NCBI GenBank assembly: GCA_013265495.1 | Contig: MU058065.1 | Span: 9,899,720 to 9,963,719 of the forward strand | Origin: Vicugna vicugna | Taxonomy: Eukaryota | Reading direction: 5' to 3' | DNA length: 64,000 nucleotides | In this document: piece after piece, positions 1-12,655 of the stretch | Numbering within the stretch: the first letter of the stretch is position 1 | How the letters are laid out: each line of letters starts with the position of its first letter | Notes under the pieces: model-generated | What the model was told of the DNA's origin: nothing | Databases searched by the model: none | The model's input: only the letters and a program-made list of their open reading frames with translations | Program-made: the position numbers and the translations under genes

Positions 1-1510
1 CAAGTTGTTGAAAAAGCATTTTAAAAAGTTCAAGAGTACATCTTCTCATTAGTATCTTAAAGAGAGACTGTATCTTTCCAAACACAGGTGCTGGCTTGCT
101 TTCTAAATGATTGCACTAACCCCAATCTGGGATTATGTACTCAACTTCCTTTTATTTTACCAGTCACTTTCCAAGAGGACAGATCACAGGACTCATAGAA
201 GAAATAGACTGAAGCAGGATGTCAAAGGGAGAAAAAGGAATTTTGATTGTTGAAGATTCCAGAATTCTTTGCCCCTTTAAGAAATTAAGGGGGAAAATTT
301 GAAGAACAAGAAAAATGAGAGTCTATGGGAAAAGGTGAAGAATAAAACAGAGGAAGCCTTTGGGTTGTCCAGAGAACTATCATTTTTCAAAGCAGACTCA
401 GCAGTTCTTATCCTCTGTTGATCAGCTAGCAAATATACCATAAATTCTCTTTCACAATAGTGTTTCTCAAAGTCTGGTCTGAAAAAAGGATTAAATGAGG
501 CCTCCTGGGAGTCCGCTCCGAGTGGGCAGGGTCATGGAGTGTGAGTCCTTTCCTGGCGGGGTCAACCCCAGTGGGAGCAGCAGACAAGGCCTGGGGACTC
601 TGGGCTGATTAGCCAGGGTAGCTAGCTTGGAGGATATAAATATTTTAGGAATGTTTTTGTTAATTTAACTTACTAAGTAGAAAATGCAACTGAATTTGTC
701 ATTTGTTTACTACCAGTGGGCAGTCACAACTGTTTGAACCTTGGTGAGAAGATACACACAGCTCCCAGACGACACCAAAGAGAGAGCTAAGGCCTAGTGT
801 TACACAAAGTTCTATTGCAAAGATCATACAGAACTGATTTATACTCTGTTTTCTTTTTGTTGTTGTTGTTTTAAAAAGAGGAGATTTAATTTGTGGTATC
901 TTGCTGATGTATCCCGTTGATTGTACTTCGAAGGGAATGAACCTGCTAGTTGTTTTCTTCCTAAAATTCAGTATTTAAATTATACATCAAGTTAAACGAT
1001 TTAAGTAGGATAAAAACCAAAACAAGTATATACATTACAGACACATACAATTTGTGGGGTAAATACGGTGACTGAAACTGAAAAAGTTTAGGAATCAGAT
1101 GAAGAAAAGCAGGGCAGGAATTGGAACTACAAAGGGAATTTCGCAAGAGGGCCTGGAATTTTGTTAATGAACAAAGCTTCGATGACTTAAAGACTGTCTT
1201 CTTAGCTACCGATTTTGTGGTAAACCTGGGCCTTTAATTGAAAGGACCCTGGTATACTTGGAGCTGGTTTTAAGGATGACTTTGGCTGAACATGAAATCA
1301 AGAGAAGAGATAGAAAGATAAATTTTATTCATCTAAGATTCAGGACTCCATGTACCATAACTAAGAGTGACAAGACACAAGTAGAAGTGTGAAATTTGGA
1401 GAATGTCCCCAGGGGTATCATATACAGTAACACTGAGCCGTTGGAAAAGGATGGCAAACAGAGAAAGCACAATGGAAGATGAAAGTGTGGGAAATCTAAG
1501 AATATTTTGA

Positions 1511-1730
1511 ATTGGGAGTTTGGGATTTGGAAATACCAGCTCTCTATATAAAATAAATAAACAAGTTTCTTCTGTATAGCACAGGAAACTACAGCCTATA
1601 TCTTGTAGTAACACATAATGAAAAAGAACACGAAAATGAATATATGTATGTATATGTATGACTGAAACATTATGCTGTACAACAGAAATGGACACATTGT
1701 AAATTGACTGTACTTCAATAAAAAAAAATT
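1511..1730 (+). mobile_element. 5'-truncated young L1 3' UTR fragment with A-tail
   Basis: Contains TTGGGAGTTTGGGATTTG...TATAGCACAGGAAACTA...TATATGTATG...ACATTGTAAATTGACTGTACTTCAATAAAAAAAAAA. Similar to the L1 3' ends at 21.6, 41.4 and 52.6 kb in this window. Confidence 0.85.
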
Positions 1731-1984
1731 AAACTAGAGTTATTTGCCAACGTTTACATAAATGCAAACTTGAATTTTTTTTTAAAAAGTGTTTTGAAAA
1801 TCTGTGTGAGCTAAAGATGAAAGGTGTCTTCAAACAATAAAAAAATGAATACAGGAACTAAATCTTTAGCTCATAGCTTATTTTTCTCATAATTTAGATG
1901 TTATTGTCCCCCTGTCTTCTGGAATTTAAATTTGCAGAGGAGAAGTCTGAGTTCATTTTCATTTTGTTCCTCTGTAGGTACAGA

Positions 1985-2520
1985 AACCGGGACTACATTT
2001 TCCAGAAATTCTTCCCTGCATTGGTTCTGGGCCACAAGAGAATCAGCTACAGGCAAAGCGGCAGCCCTTCTACTGTGAAGGTCCATCGAGGGCACAGGAC
2101 CAGCTTGCAGGCCACGCCGATTCTTACCCATCTGTTGCTACCTCACCTCATTGTTGTGGGGCAGCAGTGCAGCCTGCAGCATCTCAAACTCCCACTAGTT
2201 TTCCTCCATCAGCTTCTCTGAGTCCTAACCCAGTGGGTATGCAGCTCCATAATACAAAGTATCAGCTTCTGCAAATCACCCACATCATTGAGGCTGGAGG
2301 CAGATGTGTGTCCCAGTTGTTCCTTGCTGTCTTCCTTGTCTCAGCTTTTCTTCCTGACCAATGACCTGCTGACTCGCAGCATTGTCAGTGCCAACGCCAG
2401 ATACAGAGGCAGCAGTCTTCTTACTTCTTCAGTAGCTCACATAAATACATAAGGTCTTAGCACTATAAAAGCTTCCTAATTCTGTAACACTCATAGTAGC
2501 GCTATTTCTTATTGACCCCT
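1985..2520 (+). mobile_element. Degraded ERVL-type solo LTR (LTR33/LTR41-like)
   Basis: GGACTACATTTTCCAGA...GGTTCTGG near the start and ACTCATAGTAGCGCTATTTCTTATTGACCC at the end resemble old ERVL LTRs. Subfamily uncertain. Confidence 0.45.
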
Positions 2521-5500
2521 TTAGGAGAGTAGGTGACTTATTTCTTTCTACAAGCTGTCTTGTAGATGTTTGTCTGAGGTCTCCTTTTTTTTTCTTTCTA
2601 TTTTTATGGCTAAAAACATTTTCCAGGACACATCCTGGAGAGGGCAGATATTTGCTAATTTATTGATTGTGCCTGGGAATTTTTTCTTTTAATCTGCACT
2701 CAGTTGCTTTTTGGACTATTCATTTATACTCAAGAAAGTTGTTTTTGATGATCTTTTGTTACTATTATCAATAATAATACTCTTTATTGGAGGTTTACTA
2801 CTTGTCAGGAGCTAAATGCTTTAAGATGCATTATATTCTTGATCTCTTATAGTAATCCTATGAGGTAGGAGTCTCCCAATGAGCATAGTAAGTATTACAC
2901 TGGATTTCCCTGTTCTAAAAGTATGAAAAATAGAGATAATGTTGGGAATCTTTTTGGTTGGTTTCTTGGCTTGCTTATCCATCTTAAAAACAAGTCCTGA
3001 TTTACCTAAAGCTAGTTTGCCAATTTGCAAGGCGTGTGGTTTGTGACTTACCCTATTCCCTGCCCTTTCTCACGTGTATGTGCTCCTTTTCCATGTCTAC
3101 CTCTGAGTGCTGGGTTGATGGCCGTATTTCCCAGTCCAATGTCCAGTGCCTAGACTTTTATCTAAAACAGTCAGCCTTCCCACTTTTCCTCTGAAACACT
3201 TTGAATAGATTGAGTGCACGGAAATCAACAGTCATGGATACGCCCAGAATCCAGACTCTCTCTATACCCCCACCTCCTCTGCCTGTGGCACTTTTTTTTT
3301 TTTGCAGGAACTACAGCAACACCAGGTACATCCCTCTTCTTGCCTCATTATATTCTAGGAACCATAGTCTGTAGCTGCATGTTGAGAGAGGTGATCATAG
3401 GAATCAGGAGGGGGACAGAAGCATTTTGGTTTTCTCTAAAAGCATTACTGATCTATACAGAGAAGGCCACTCAGTTTTATGATTGGTTTTTCCTTATGGT
3501 TTTCAAAACAGGCTGGATATAGAGGTGAGTAGCCTGTGTTTCTGCAAGCAGAGAATTGGTGGATGTGGACTGCATTTTAAAATCTAGCTTTATTCGTTTT
3601 TTAGTTAGTAAAGTATCTGCAGGTTTTGGTAGGTTTTTTTTTTTTTAATAGCTATGTGTCTATCTACCTATCTGTCATCCATCTATATTTTTAGTTGTTT
3701 TATTAGTAGGGAAAAGTTTTATTAGCTTTGCTAGCTGGACACAATATTAAACTGGGAGATCTTTCCCCTTACCACATCTACAATCTCCTTTTTAGTGATG
3801 TTTCCATTATCCTTAGATTACACAAATTTGGGACAGACTACACTTGTTGGAGGAAGGTCTAGCTACTCTCATTGATTAAAGATAACCACACATTTCAAAG
3901 TAATTAAAAAGAATGTTCAAGAACGATTAACACTAAATAGAGCCTTTCCTCTGAAATTCTGGGGAAGAACATTGCAGACGGGAGGAATTTGGCCCAAAGC
4001 ATGACCAGCTCACAGATAACTTTGTGACAGTCAAATATCTCTTATACATGTATTTATTATTTCTAAAGCACACTATTCCCATATTTCTTTATTCATGGGA
4101 CAATTTTGAATATATTTCTGATACATGAAGGTTTTTCCATGGTTGATTCATCATAAATGCCAAAATTGAATTATATTTTATGGATACTTTCTGCTGTTCA
4201 TTTTACTACAGTGTGCATTAAGTCAACACAAGCTGTATTAAGCCAACGCATTATTTCAGTTTAAATATAGCATAAGGTTGCAGTCTGTAAAACAATCATG
4301 AGTACCCTTCTGTATTTTGTTGCATATTTATTAAGATTGTAGGCTCCTGTCTTTTCAAGAGTAAAATCAAAGAGAAGCTGTGAAATGTATCAAATAAAGT
4401 GAAATACTATCTTATGTTTGTGTCATACTCCATAGAGCTGTGTCAGGCACGTGAAGAATAATGGTGGTTCTTGAAAAGAACTTTAAAACAGTTATCCTAC
4501 AGGAAAACTTCAAAATTTGAGTTAGAATTTACCCGTTATAGATTGTGCTTAGCAGATTGTAAATTGTGTTTAATATTTTCTAATATTAAAGACACAAGTT
4601 TTAAAATATATACTTTCAAACTATATGGTCAATGTCTTATTTTCAAACTATATGGTCAAAGCCTTTCCATGCTTAAGATAAGGAGGATGGACGTCACAGT
4701 TTTACTTTTTTAAGCACTTAATTTGAAATCTGTCCTCAGATTTGTTTATCAGTTGTCCACTGGCTTCTGCAAAAAGACTAAATTCAGTGTCTATTTTTAC
4801 GTCAGTGACCATTGCGAGGCTTCAGCATGAAAGTAAACATATATGGGACTCTGAGAAGAATAATGTTGCCACTTCTTTATGCAGCTGAGTTTTCTAAATT
4901 AAGTTCATTGCATGGATAATTTCCTGTAACCACAGGAGGCCAGAGCTGGCTGGTTGACTGTGAGAAAATTAATGAGCAGCAGAGAGGCCTGAAAAAAGAG
5001 GGAAGGAATGAGGTACACTATTGCCTCATGTAAAGGAAATACACTAATGTCCAGATGAAGGGAGGTGATCAGACGTTTACCCAGCTGGGACTGAACAATT
5101 GAGCTAGTGAAAACACGCTGGCAGTCAGTGAGAAATCTAGACTTCGAGCTCTATCAGACATTGAGTTGGTGACTGAGAGGGTGCCTGTGGTTGTTTTGCT
5201 TGAATGATGCTGACTTTTTTGGAATGTTAATGGTGTCAATTTCAATTTAAAGCATTCCTATTGAGCTTTTGAATTATTGAGCAGGGATGATGAGGTATGG
5301 GCATATGAGCAAGTGTGAGGTTACTAGTTAAGTTGGTGCAGGGTGAGGTCTTATCTGAGGAAGAAATTCAACACACAGGAAGGTCTTTCATTATGATACA
5401 GAGTTTTTTTTAAAAAAAATTTCTGGGTGGGAAAGACATGGAAAACAGCACAGTTCGAATCTGAGAAGTTGGTGAAACTCCTACTCAGGCACAGTTACAA

Positions 5501-7631
5501 AGGGTAGAAATGTTTTTCTGGGTAATAAAAAGCAAAATTTCGCTTCAGTGTATTATTTTGGGGTATACAATTCAGTACTTGCGTTTTCTTTGGGAAGAGA
5601 TCCAATGTTGTGCCTCTGTAATAGAAAAATCTGGCTGGAATCAATACCTTGTTTTTTGGCATGGATCCTTTTAAATTAGGAGATTTAGAGATGCGTAAGC
5701 AGATTCCTAGTGTTCCTTCCTATCTAGGTGTGGTCCTGGTATATAACGAAGCAGGATGTGGGACGGGTGCTGGTGGAGGTGTGTGGTATGCAGCAGGGAG
5801 GTGGGGGGGTCTGAGTAAATGCAGGGCCCACTGGCAGCGCACTTGCTTTCATCACTTTGTACGGAGAAAAATACATACTCAACTGAACTATTTAACCAAC
5901 ACTTATTTCTAAACTGCAGAGCTGAGTTGTTGCTTGGTGATTCATACATTCTTACTTGAAACGTGATAAAAACACAATGCATTCATCGCTGAAATGCTGG
6001 TAAGAAATCGGTGAAGAAGTAAACACACTTTGCTTGTGAACTTCTGCCTGCCCGCCCCTTCTCTCCCCAACCCCTTGCATAGCTCTCACTTGTCTTCTGT
6101 TCACAGTATCATGAATCTGAGACAATAAAGACCATTCCTCTCTTGATCACACATTAGCTGATAGGTGTTCTATTTGCCACCATGAAGACACCAGCCACTG
6201 GGCTGCCAGAACTCTCTGGGGCTGCTTGTGAGGGTACAGAGGGCTTTGTTTTGTCTGGACACAGGAGGAGGAAGGAGAGCTGAGGTGTGAAGACAAAGGT
6301 GAAGGAAGGCGTGTCCCTAAGGCTGCTCAGTGTGGGCACTTTGCTGCCATAATAGATGACTATGTGTCGATGCACATTAATATTTGATGTGCATCAGCAT
6401 CTTATCCTTTATGTGCACTTTCACAATGTTGTGAGGCAGCAAAGCTGCTCTAGACAAGTATTTATATGTCCAAGTGCAGTGGCTTTTACTTGGTGAAATT
6501 AGCACACATCCTGTCCTTACAACGTCAAAAGGGATGTTTCTGTTTATATTGAATAAACAGGCAGAGGCTGAGTCCAGCCTTTTTTTTTTTTTTAAACATG
6601 GTATTATCTTGAGTGCATAAACAAGACTGACAAAATAGTTTTTCTTAAATGGCCCACTGATGCATTTTGTATTCTGCTCCCTGGAAACAAAGACTTAGCT
6701 TCTGTCATTATAAAAGACCCTTGAAACAGATCTGGAAGTGAAAGCGTATGCACTGTGGGATAGACCAAGAAAACTGAAGAAAATGCTTAGATCTACAAAG
6801 GCTTCTGCTCATTTTTATTTTCTTTTTCTGAAAATTGAATACAAGCTCTGGGAAGCATTATTTGCTCACACAATGCCTGACCACATGTGCGAACCATTAA
6901 AAGGGCGTAGCTCCCCTGCCATTTTGATGCGGCCCAAAATAAAAATGTAAATGCTAATGGAACAGTGTCTCCAGATATGCTCCAGCTGCCCTTTGTATCA
7001 TTAATTCTCTTCTCAAGTGCGATGATTCACTCATGACAATAACATAAATCAGATTTTTTAGAGGTCAGAAAGAACCTATGCTTGAAGAGAGGACAGTTTA
7101 TGGCAAGGGGGTTAAAAGAGACATCAGCATATGTGGTTTGTGGAAAGATAGAAATCTGAAATCATAAAGGCAGTCAGTCCTCAGATCTGGCAACATCTGA
7201 GGAAAATATGAAGATCAGTTCCTTACATGGATTGTTTTTCCCAAAGACCACTCACCAGAATGTAAATCAGACTTCCACTGCATCATTTATTCATTCATCC
7301 ATTCACTCATTCCAGAAGCCTGTTTTCAAAGCCGGCTAAGTGTTGCATGTCACATATGACAAAGGAGTGCTACGATACATATCAGGGAGGAAACTTGCCC
7401 TTGAGGAGGGTACTGTCAGGTACAGTACCTAAGATCATATGCACATAAGTAACCACAGAGTACAAGAGAGAAAGGAGCAAGTCGAAAGAGATAAATGACA
7501 TTGAATGAGGCAGGAAGCATTCAACATAGCCCTTAATGATCCCTGCCTCCGGGTATTCATGCCTTTGTATAATCCACTCCCCTGAGTCAGGGTTGGACCC
7601 AGCAATTCTCTAATACAGCAAAAGCCATGGG

Positions 7632-8590
7632 CAGGACTGGCTTCATGGACATGTGACTTGTCCACATAGGGCCCTGCATGTGGTTTGATATTCTGCTGTG
7701 ATCAACTTGAAATTTTATCTTTTGAGTTTCACAAGTGAAGTCTAGTGACACGGTGGAGTGTGTGCATGAGTGGAAGGGATAGATTCAATATGCGTATCCG
7801 CCTCCTTTCTTGGCCACTCCTTTCCTATACAAGTGTTCGCAATACCCCAGGATTCTGGTAGACCTAGGATCCCTAGGCGTTCACGAGACTCAAAGCAAGT
7901 ACAAAGTAAACGGGCTGCTTCTACAACTGAGTAAGTGGAGGCCCCGACAGCCCAACAAGATGTCCTGTCCCTTCAAACTAGAGCTTGCTTAGAACACAGG
8001 AAGAAAGCAATGACAGCCTAAGGAACAAAAATCACGAAGGAAACCTATCAGGTTATCTTTTTTCATGTTATTCTTCTAGATTAATCAGCCACTTGTGCTA
8101 AAAATGATAACTTAGTAGGAAAGGAAACGATCAACCCATAGTTCCTTTTCCTTCCAGTTCTTGTGTACTCATCGGTAAACTGAAGGGAGAGACGGTTGGT
8201 AGAGTGTGTGAATATCAAGCCATGAAATAAGTCAGTTGAGTTAGTTTCATGCAACGATTTCTATTGTTCTGGTAAGAACAAAATGTATGTGCATATACGA
8301 GCTACGAAGTGCGACTGATTGTGTAGTGATTCTGTATACAAATTTAATGTTCTTCCATTTGCATTGAAAGCTGGCTTTGTACAATTGAGAAATGAACAGT
8401 AAAATTCATACTAATAATTAAAAATTTTAATCTTTCTCTATTCAGAAAGACAGAGCAAATAAAAATCACCATGACAACTGATGAAAGAGACTAACAGAAG
8501 AAAGGGAAAAAAAGCCTTTGATAGAAGCTTTTCCCTATTTTTTAACCAGGGACTTTACGTTTTCCTTCTGTACTGGGCCCCACAAACAGC
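7632..8590 (+). mobile_element. hAT-Tip100 DNA transposon, MER45 family (long ~1 kb form, MER45B/C-like)
   Basis: Starts CAGGACTGGCTTCATGGACATGTGAC...AGGGCCC and ends TTTTTAACCAGGGAC...TGTACTGGGCCCCACAAA, matching MER45 termini as I recall them. Confidence 0.75.
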
Positions 8591-8717
8591 AGCTCATGAT
8601 AATGAGATATCACTTCGAAGATTAGGCTATAAAAATGCTCTGGCTTCAAACTCCTTCTTTCTCCTTCTGTGTGGAATCTCTCACATAGGCTGAGGTAGAA
8701 AGCAAGCCAACATTTTG

Positions 8718-9080
8718 TTTTTGTTTTATTGTTGTTGTTGAGATCTGTTTATTTATTTATTTTTAAATTTTAGTGTGGTATGGTTTCTGTGCAGTAAATT
8801 CTACATATTTCATATGTGCACTTTGATGCACTTTGATGGATGTATACACCAGTGAAACCACTACCGCAGTCAAGATAGCTAACATTTCCATCACTTCCCA
8901 AGAGATGCAATTTTTGAACTCCCAATTTATCCCTTCCTACCCCCTTCAACCCCTGGTAACCATGAGTTTGTTTTCTATATCTGTAAGCTAGGATCTGTAT
9001 TTATTTATCTTTCAATGGAGGTACTGGGGATTGGCCCTAGGACCTCATGCATGCTAGGCACTGAGCTATACCCTCCCCCT
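8718..9080 (-). mobile_element. Camelid tRNA-derived SINE (Vic-1-like) whose tail is interrupted by an L1 fragment
   Basis: Reverse strand reads GGGGAGGGTATAGCTCAGTG...GCATGCATGAGGTCCTAGG...AATCCCCAGTACCTCCATT. Perfect 15-bp TSD CAAGCCAACATTTTG at 8703-8717 and 9081-9095. Confidence 0.85.
8759..8991 (-). mobile_element. L1 3' fragment nested in the SINE tail
   Basis: Reverse strand ACAGATATAGAAAACAAACTCATGGTTACCAGGGG...GGGATAAATTGGGAGTT is L1 3' UTR. Flanked by near-identical GATCTGT(A)TTTATTTAT at ~8742-8758 and 8992-9008. Confidence 0.75.
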
Positions 9081-9489
9081 CAAGCCAACATTTTGGAAGA
9101 GACGGTAGCCAAGAGCCAAGAAGGACCGGTGTCTTATCAGCAGTCACATGAGTCACATAAAGACGACATGGATGTCATCTTTCCCTGGTTGAGCCTTGAG
9201 GTGATTGCAGCCCCAGCTGACATCCTGATTGCAGACTTGGGAGAGACCCTGAGTCAGAAGCACATGGCCAAGCCACATTCACATTCCTGACCAACACAAG
9301 CTACGAGGTAATAAATGTTATTGTCTTAAGCTGATAAATTTGAGGGTCATTCCTTTTGCAGCAGTAGAAAACAAATGCATTGGGATTCTGTGGAATAGGA
9401 GCTTACATCTAAGGACTCTTTGTGATAAGCATTTAGTGATTGAGGAAATGGTATTACAGGTAGAGAAGACTGTGTAATCTAGGCTGGGT

Positions 9490-9938
9490 ATCACTTCTCA
9501 AGCCTTTTGATCCAAAGGACCCTTTATAATCTTAAAAAATATTGAGGACCTCAAAGAGCTTTTATTTCTGCAAATTATATCTATAGATATTTACCACAGT
9601 AGAAACTAAAACTGGGGCATTTAAAAATTTGTATTTAATTCACTTAAAGACAATAATAGATGCAGTACATGTTGACATTAACATATTTTTATCAAAATCG
9701 ATGTTTTCTAAAAATAAATTCAGTGAGAAGACTGGCAATGTGTACATTTTTGAAAATCCCTTTGGTGTTTGGGTTAATAGAAGAAAACTAAATTCTAATG
9801 CCTACTTCTGCATTGAAACTGTTGGATAACACGTATCAAGTAGCCTCTGGAAAACCCCACTGTACATTTGTGTGAAAATGAGAATGAAAAAGGCAAACAG
9901 GTGTCTTGGTCCCTGGACCACACATTGAGAGCAGCTGA
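9490..9938 (+). mobile_element. hAT-Charlie non-autonomous DNA transposon (Charlie4a/Charlie1-like)
   Basis: TTCTCAAG...GGACCCTTTATAATCTTAAAAAATATTGAGGACCTCAAAGAGCTTTT...CAGTGAGAAGACTGGCA...GGACCACACATTGAGAGCAGCTG. Confidence 0.75.
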
Positions 9939-10509
9939 TCGAAGGCATGGAGATGGAAGATTTCAGAACACATGTTGGCTAAAGCATTCTGCAGAAGGAA
10001 ATGTCTCAGGAAAGTAGATCTCAGAAGGCTTGAATATCAAACTTAATAGTTTGTTCAGCAGAGGGTTTGGCAGAACTCACTAATTGTCAATCCAAAAGCC
10101 ATTCCTGCTCTCCTTCTTTGCTAACGAACCCTTGATTTTATCCCAGGAGTGGAAGCTTGTGTCCTGAGAGAGGGTGCATATTGGTTGGTCTTCTCTTTTC
10201 CCATGATTGTTGTAAGTGCAAACACAGGACACAATTGGGGCAATAAAAAGAAGTCTGCTATTGTGGGCGGCCATGGCAATGTGTAAGTTTTCATTAAGAC
10301 AGAGGCTTGCTCCTTTCTGCCCTTGGGTGTTGTGCTGAAAGAATATGACGCTGTAACCACCCTGCTTCATTGACGGAAAGGCCGAGGGAATCTGAGTGAG
10401 ATGCCCCCGAGCCTGGATACTGTTGAGTCACTGTGTTGTTGAAGATTTTGGAACTGTGAACTGGCAAGCCCATTGATGTCTATGGAGAATGAATGGACTG
10501 CCATCAACT

Positions 10510-10890
10510 GGACTTTGAGGCACCAGCTAGGTGGCTGTTAAAATAGTCCAGGTAAAGGTAACATGGGTCTGAAATACACTGTATGAACAGGAACAGAAAC
10601 GAACAGAAGAGACATGAAAGAATTGAGGAAGTAAATTTTGTAGGACGTGGCTGCTGAGTAGATGGACATTGGTGTGTGCAGACGGGGGGATGGAAAACAA
10701 GCATTAGCTGTGACACAGTTAACTGCCCGCCTGGGTGGTTAGAAGAACAGTGGTGCCAGAAACACTGCAGATGTAGTAGGTATGGGAGGGGAGATGATGG
10801 GTTAAATTTGGACACATGGCTTGAAGGAGATACCTAAAATACAGGGTACATGGTTGGTGCTCAACAAATGGTTGTGATGTAGGACAGAAC
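10510..10890 (-). mobile_element. L2 fragment (antisense)
   Basis: Purine-rich antisense L2 phrases such as GGCTGTTAAAATAGTCCAGGTAAAGG and GGGGAGATGATGGGTTAAATTTGGACACATG. Confidence 0.6.
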
Positions 10891-10904
10891 TGATCTGATA
10901 TCCA

Positions 10905-11255
10905 TAGGGCTTGCCTCCTCACATCCTTCACACTTTTACTAAATTGGTACCCCTTAGGAAAGCCTTTCTTAATCACTCCATCTAAAATTGTAATATTCAA
11001 GCCCCGTTTCTTTAACACTTGTCTAAAACGTCTTAATAAATCCTATGTTAATTTTGTGCTCTTTATATTTTTTAACCTGAGCACTTACCTAATAAACTGC
11101 ACATATGTTTACTTTTTTATCATGTTTTCCTAATAGAAAGTAAGTTCAATAATGGAACTTTTCATCTGTTTTGTTCACTTTTGTAACTCCGGCACCTAGA
11201 CCGATGGCCAACACTTAGTAGATACTCGATAAATATGTGTTAAAGGAGTGAATGA
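10905..11255 (+). mobile_element. L2a 3' end
   Basis: TCTGTTTTGTTCACTTTTGTAACTCCGGCACCTAGA...AGTAGATACTCGATAAATATGTGTTAAAGGAGTGAATGA is the typical L2 tail. Confidence 0.75.
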
Positions 11256-12419
11256 GTACTTGGTGTATGAGAGTTAGGGCTGCAAAAATATTTGTCCGTC
11301 ATATGCCTAAAGGTGGCAACTGAAGCCTCAGGACTAGATGAAGGTATTGTAATTAGATACTGAACTCACAAAGATAACACCAGGTATTTATGGAGTAACA
11401 AGGATTGTCTTCAACATTCTATATACATCTGAGCATCTAACTCTTAGAAAAATATTATGGTAGATAGTTATCTCTCCCTCTTTACAGGGGATTAGAGAGG
11501 TCAGGTAACTCATTTACTTAAGGTCACAAAATTAGTGAAGGAGCTCATTATGTAAAAGACCGGAATAAGCTCTTTCGTAGAACTTTTAACAGCAATTTTA
11601 TCTAATGGATGGAATTTTAAATTGTGTTCAGTCATGGTATGTAGTTCTCAAGGAAAAATAAATTTTGAAATCAGATTATCATTCAGATAACTATACATAC
11701 TTGTAAACATCTCTTCTGATGTCTGAATAAAGCAAGAGTAAAAACTGATCAAACAAAAAAATTAACAGTTAAAAATAAAATCAACTTTTCTAGTGAAAAA
11801 GCAAATCACTTTTAATCCCATTGGTTTTCTAGCTGGAACTGTAGCCAAGTGCCATGGAAGATCATATAAAATATATAATGCTAGTGGTGTAAGGAAGATT
11901 ATACTTTTCTTAAAGTCATGTGTTGAGCGTAAGTTAAAGTTACATGATTTAGAAAGTCGGTCAGAATATCTTTTTCCTTAATGCCTGAGAGATGTTCTTT
12001 ACAAAGAAATTGACCACACACTTATATCATTTAAATCAGACTCAGCCTAAGGGTGGTTTTCTTCCTTCTATGAAAAAGCAGACTATTAGTGAAGATAAGG
12101 ACTCTTGGCTTTGCAACACGTTTTTCCATTTCATTCATGGGCATGAGATGGAAAAACAAGATGAAATGATTCTTTTATTGGGCATTCAATTGGGCAATCA
12201 AAAAAATGTCATGACTATGCCATTAGTTTGTATAAATCCTAGAAATGAGTTTCAAATGAGAGTGTAATATGTTGAGGAAAAGGCGGAAGTGTATAACCTT
12301 GGGCAGATCGTTTAACTTCTCTCTGCTTTACATTTACAAGCAGTGATACAAAGAGACAGGATTATATGGTCTCCAAGGTCCCAGCTGGATGGATTTAACA
12401 TACTATGATTATTTGAAAG

Positions 12420-12655
12420 GCAATTTAGCGGCGTGGTAAGGAGCCTGGGCTCTGCACCCAGACTGCCTATATTTAGATCCTGCTTCACTTCACTTATTAG
12501 TCATGTGCAGTGATGGAAAGGTACGTTGTAACCCTTTAAGCCTCAGTCTCCTTTTTGGAAAAATGAGGATAGTAACTCTCATAGGGCCCATTTGAATATT
12601 AAACGTAATCAGCACTGTAAACTATTTAGCATTGGGTTTAGTAAGGAATCAATAC
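12420..12655 (+). mobile_element. MIR SINE
   Basis: GTGGTAAGGAGCCTGGGCTCTGCACCCAGACTGCC...AAGCCTCAGTCTCCTTTTTGGAAAAATGAGGATAGTAA (MIR core). Confidence 0.7.

Larger units (their letters stand above)
7506..9379 (+). mobile_element. MaLR solo LTR (MLT1 family) split by later insertions
   Basis: 5' part GATCCCTGCCTCCGGGTATTCATGCCTTTGTATAATCCACTCCCCTGAGT. 3' part GCAGCCCCAGCTGACATCCTGATTGCAG...GAGAGACCCTGAG...ATAAATGTTATTGTCTTAAGCTGATAAATTTG...GCAGCAGTAGAAAACAAATGCA. Confidence 0.75.

Noticed and set aside
1333..1695. 120-aa minus-strand ORF
   Set aside because: Mostly antisense of an L1 3' UTR, with a non-ATG start.
1898..2364. Overlapping 65-107 aa ORFs
   Set aside because: They fall within a degraded LTR and show no recognisable domain or exon structure.
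5755..5812. G-rich tract as a G-quadruplex or promoter
   Set aside because: Irregular G-runs with long loops, and no CpG island or promoter context.
6369..6395. Hairpin GATGCACAT...ATGTGCATC
   Set aside because: A 9-bp stem is expected by chance at this window size and is too short for a pre-miRNA.
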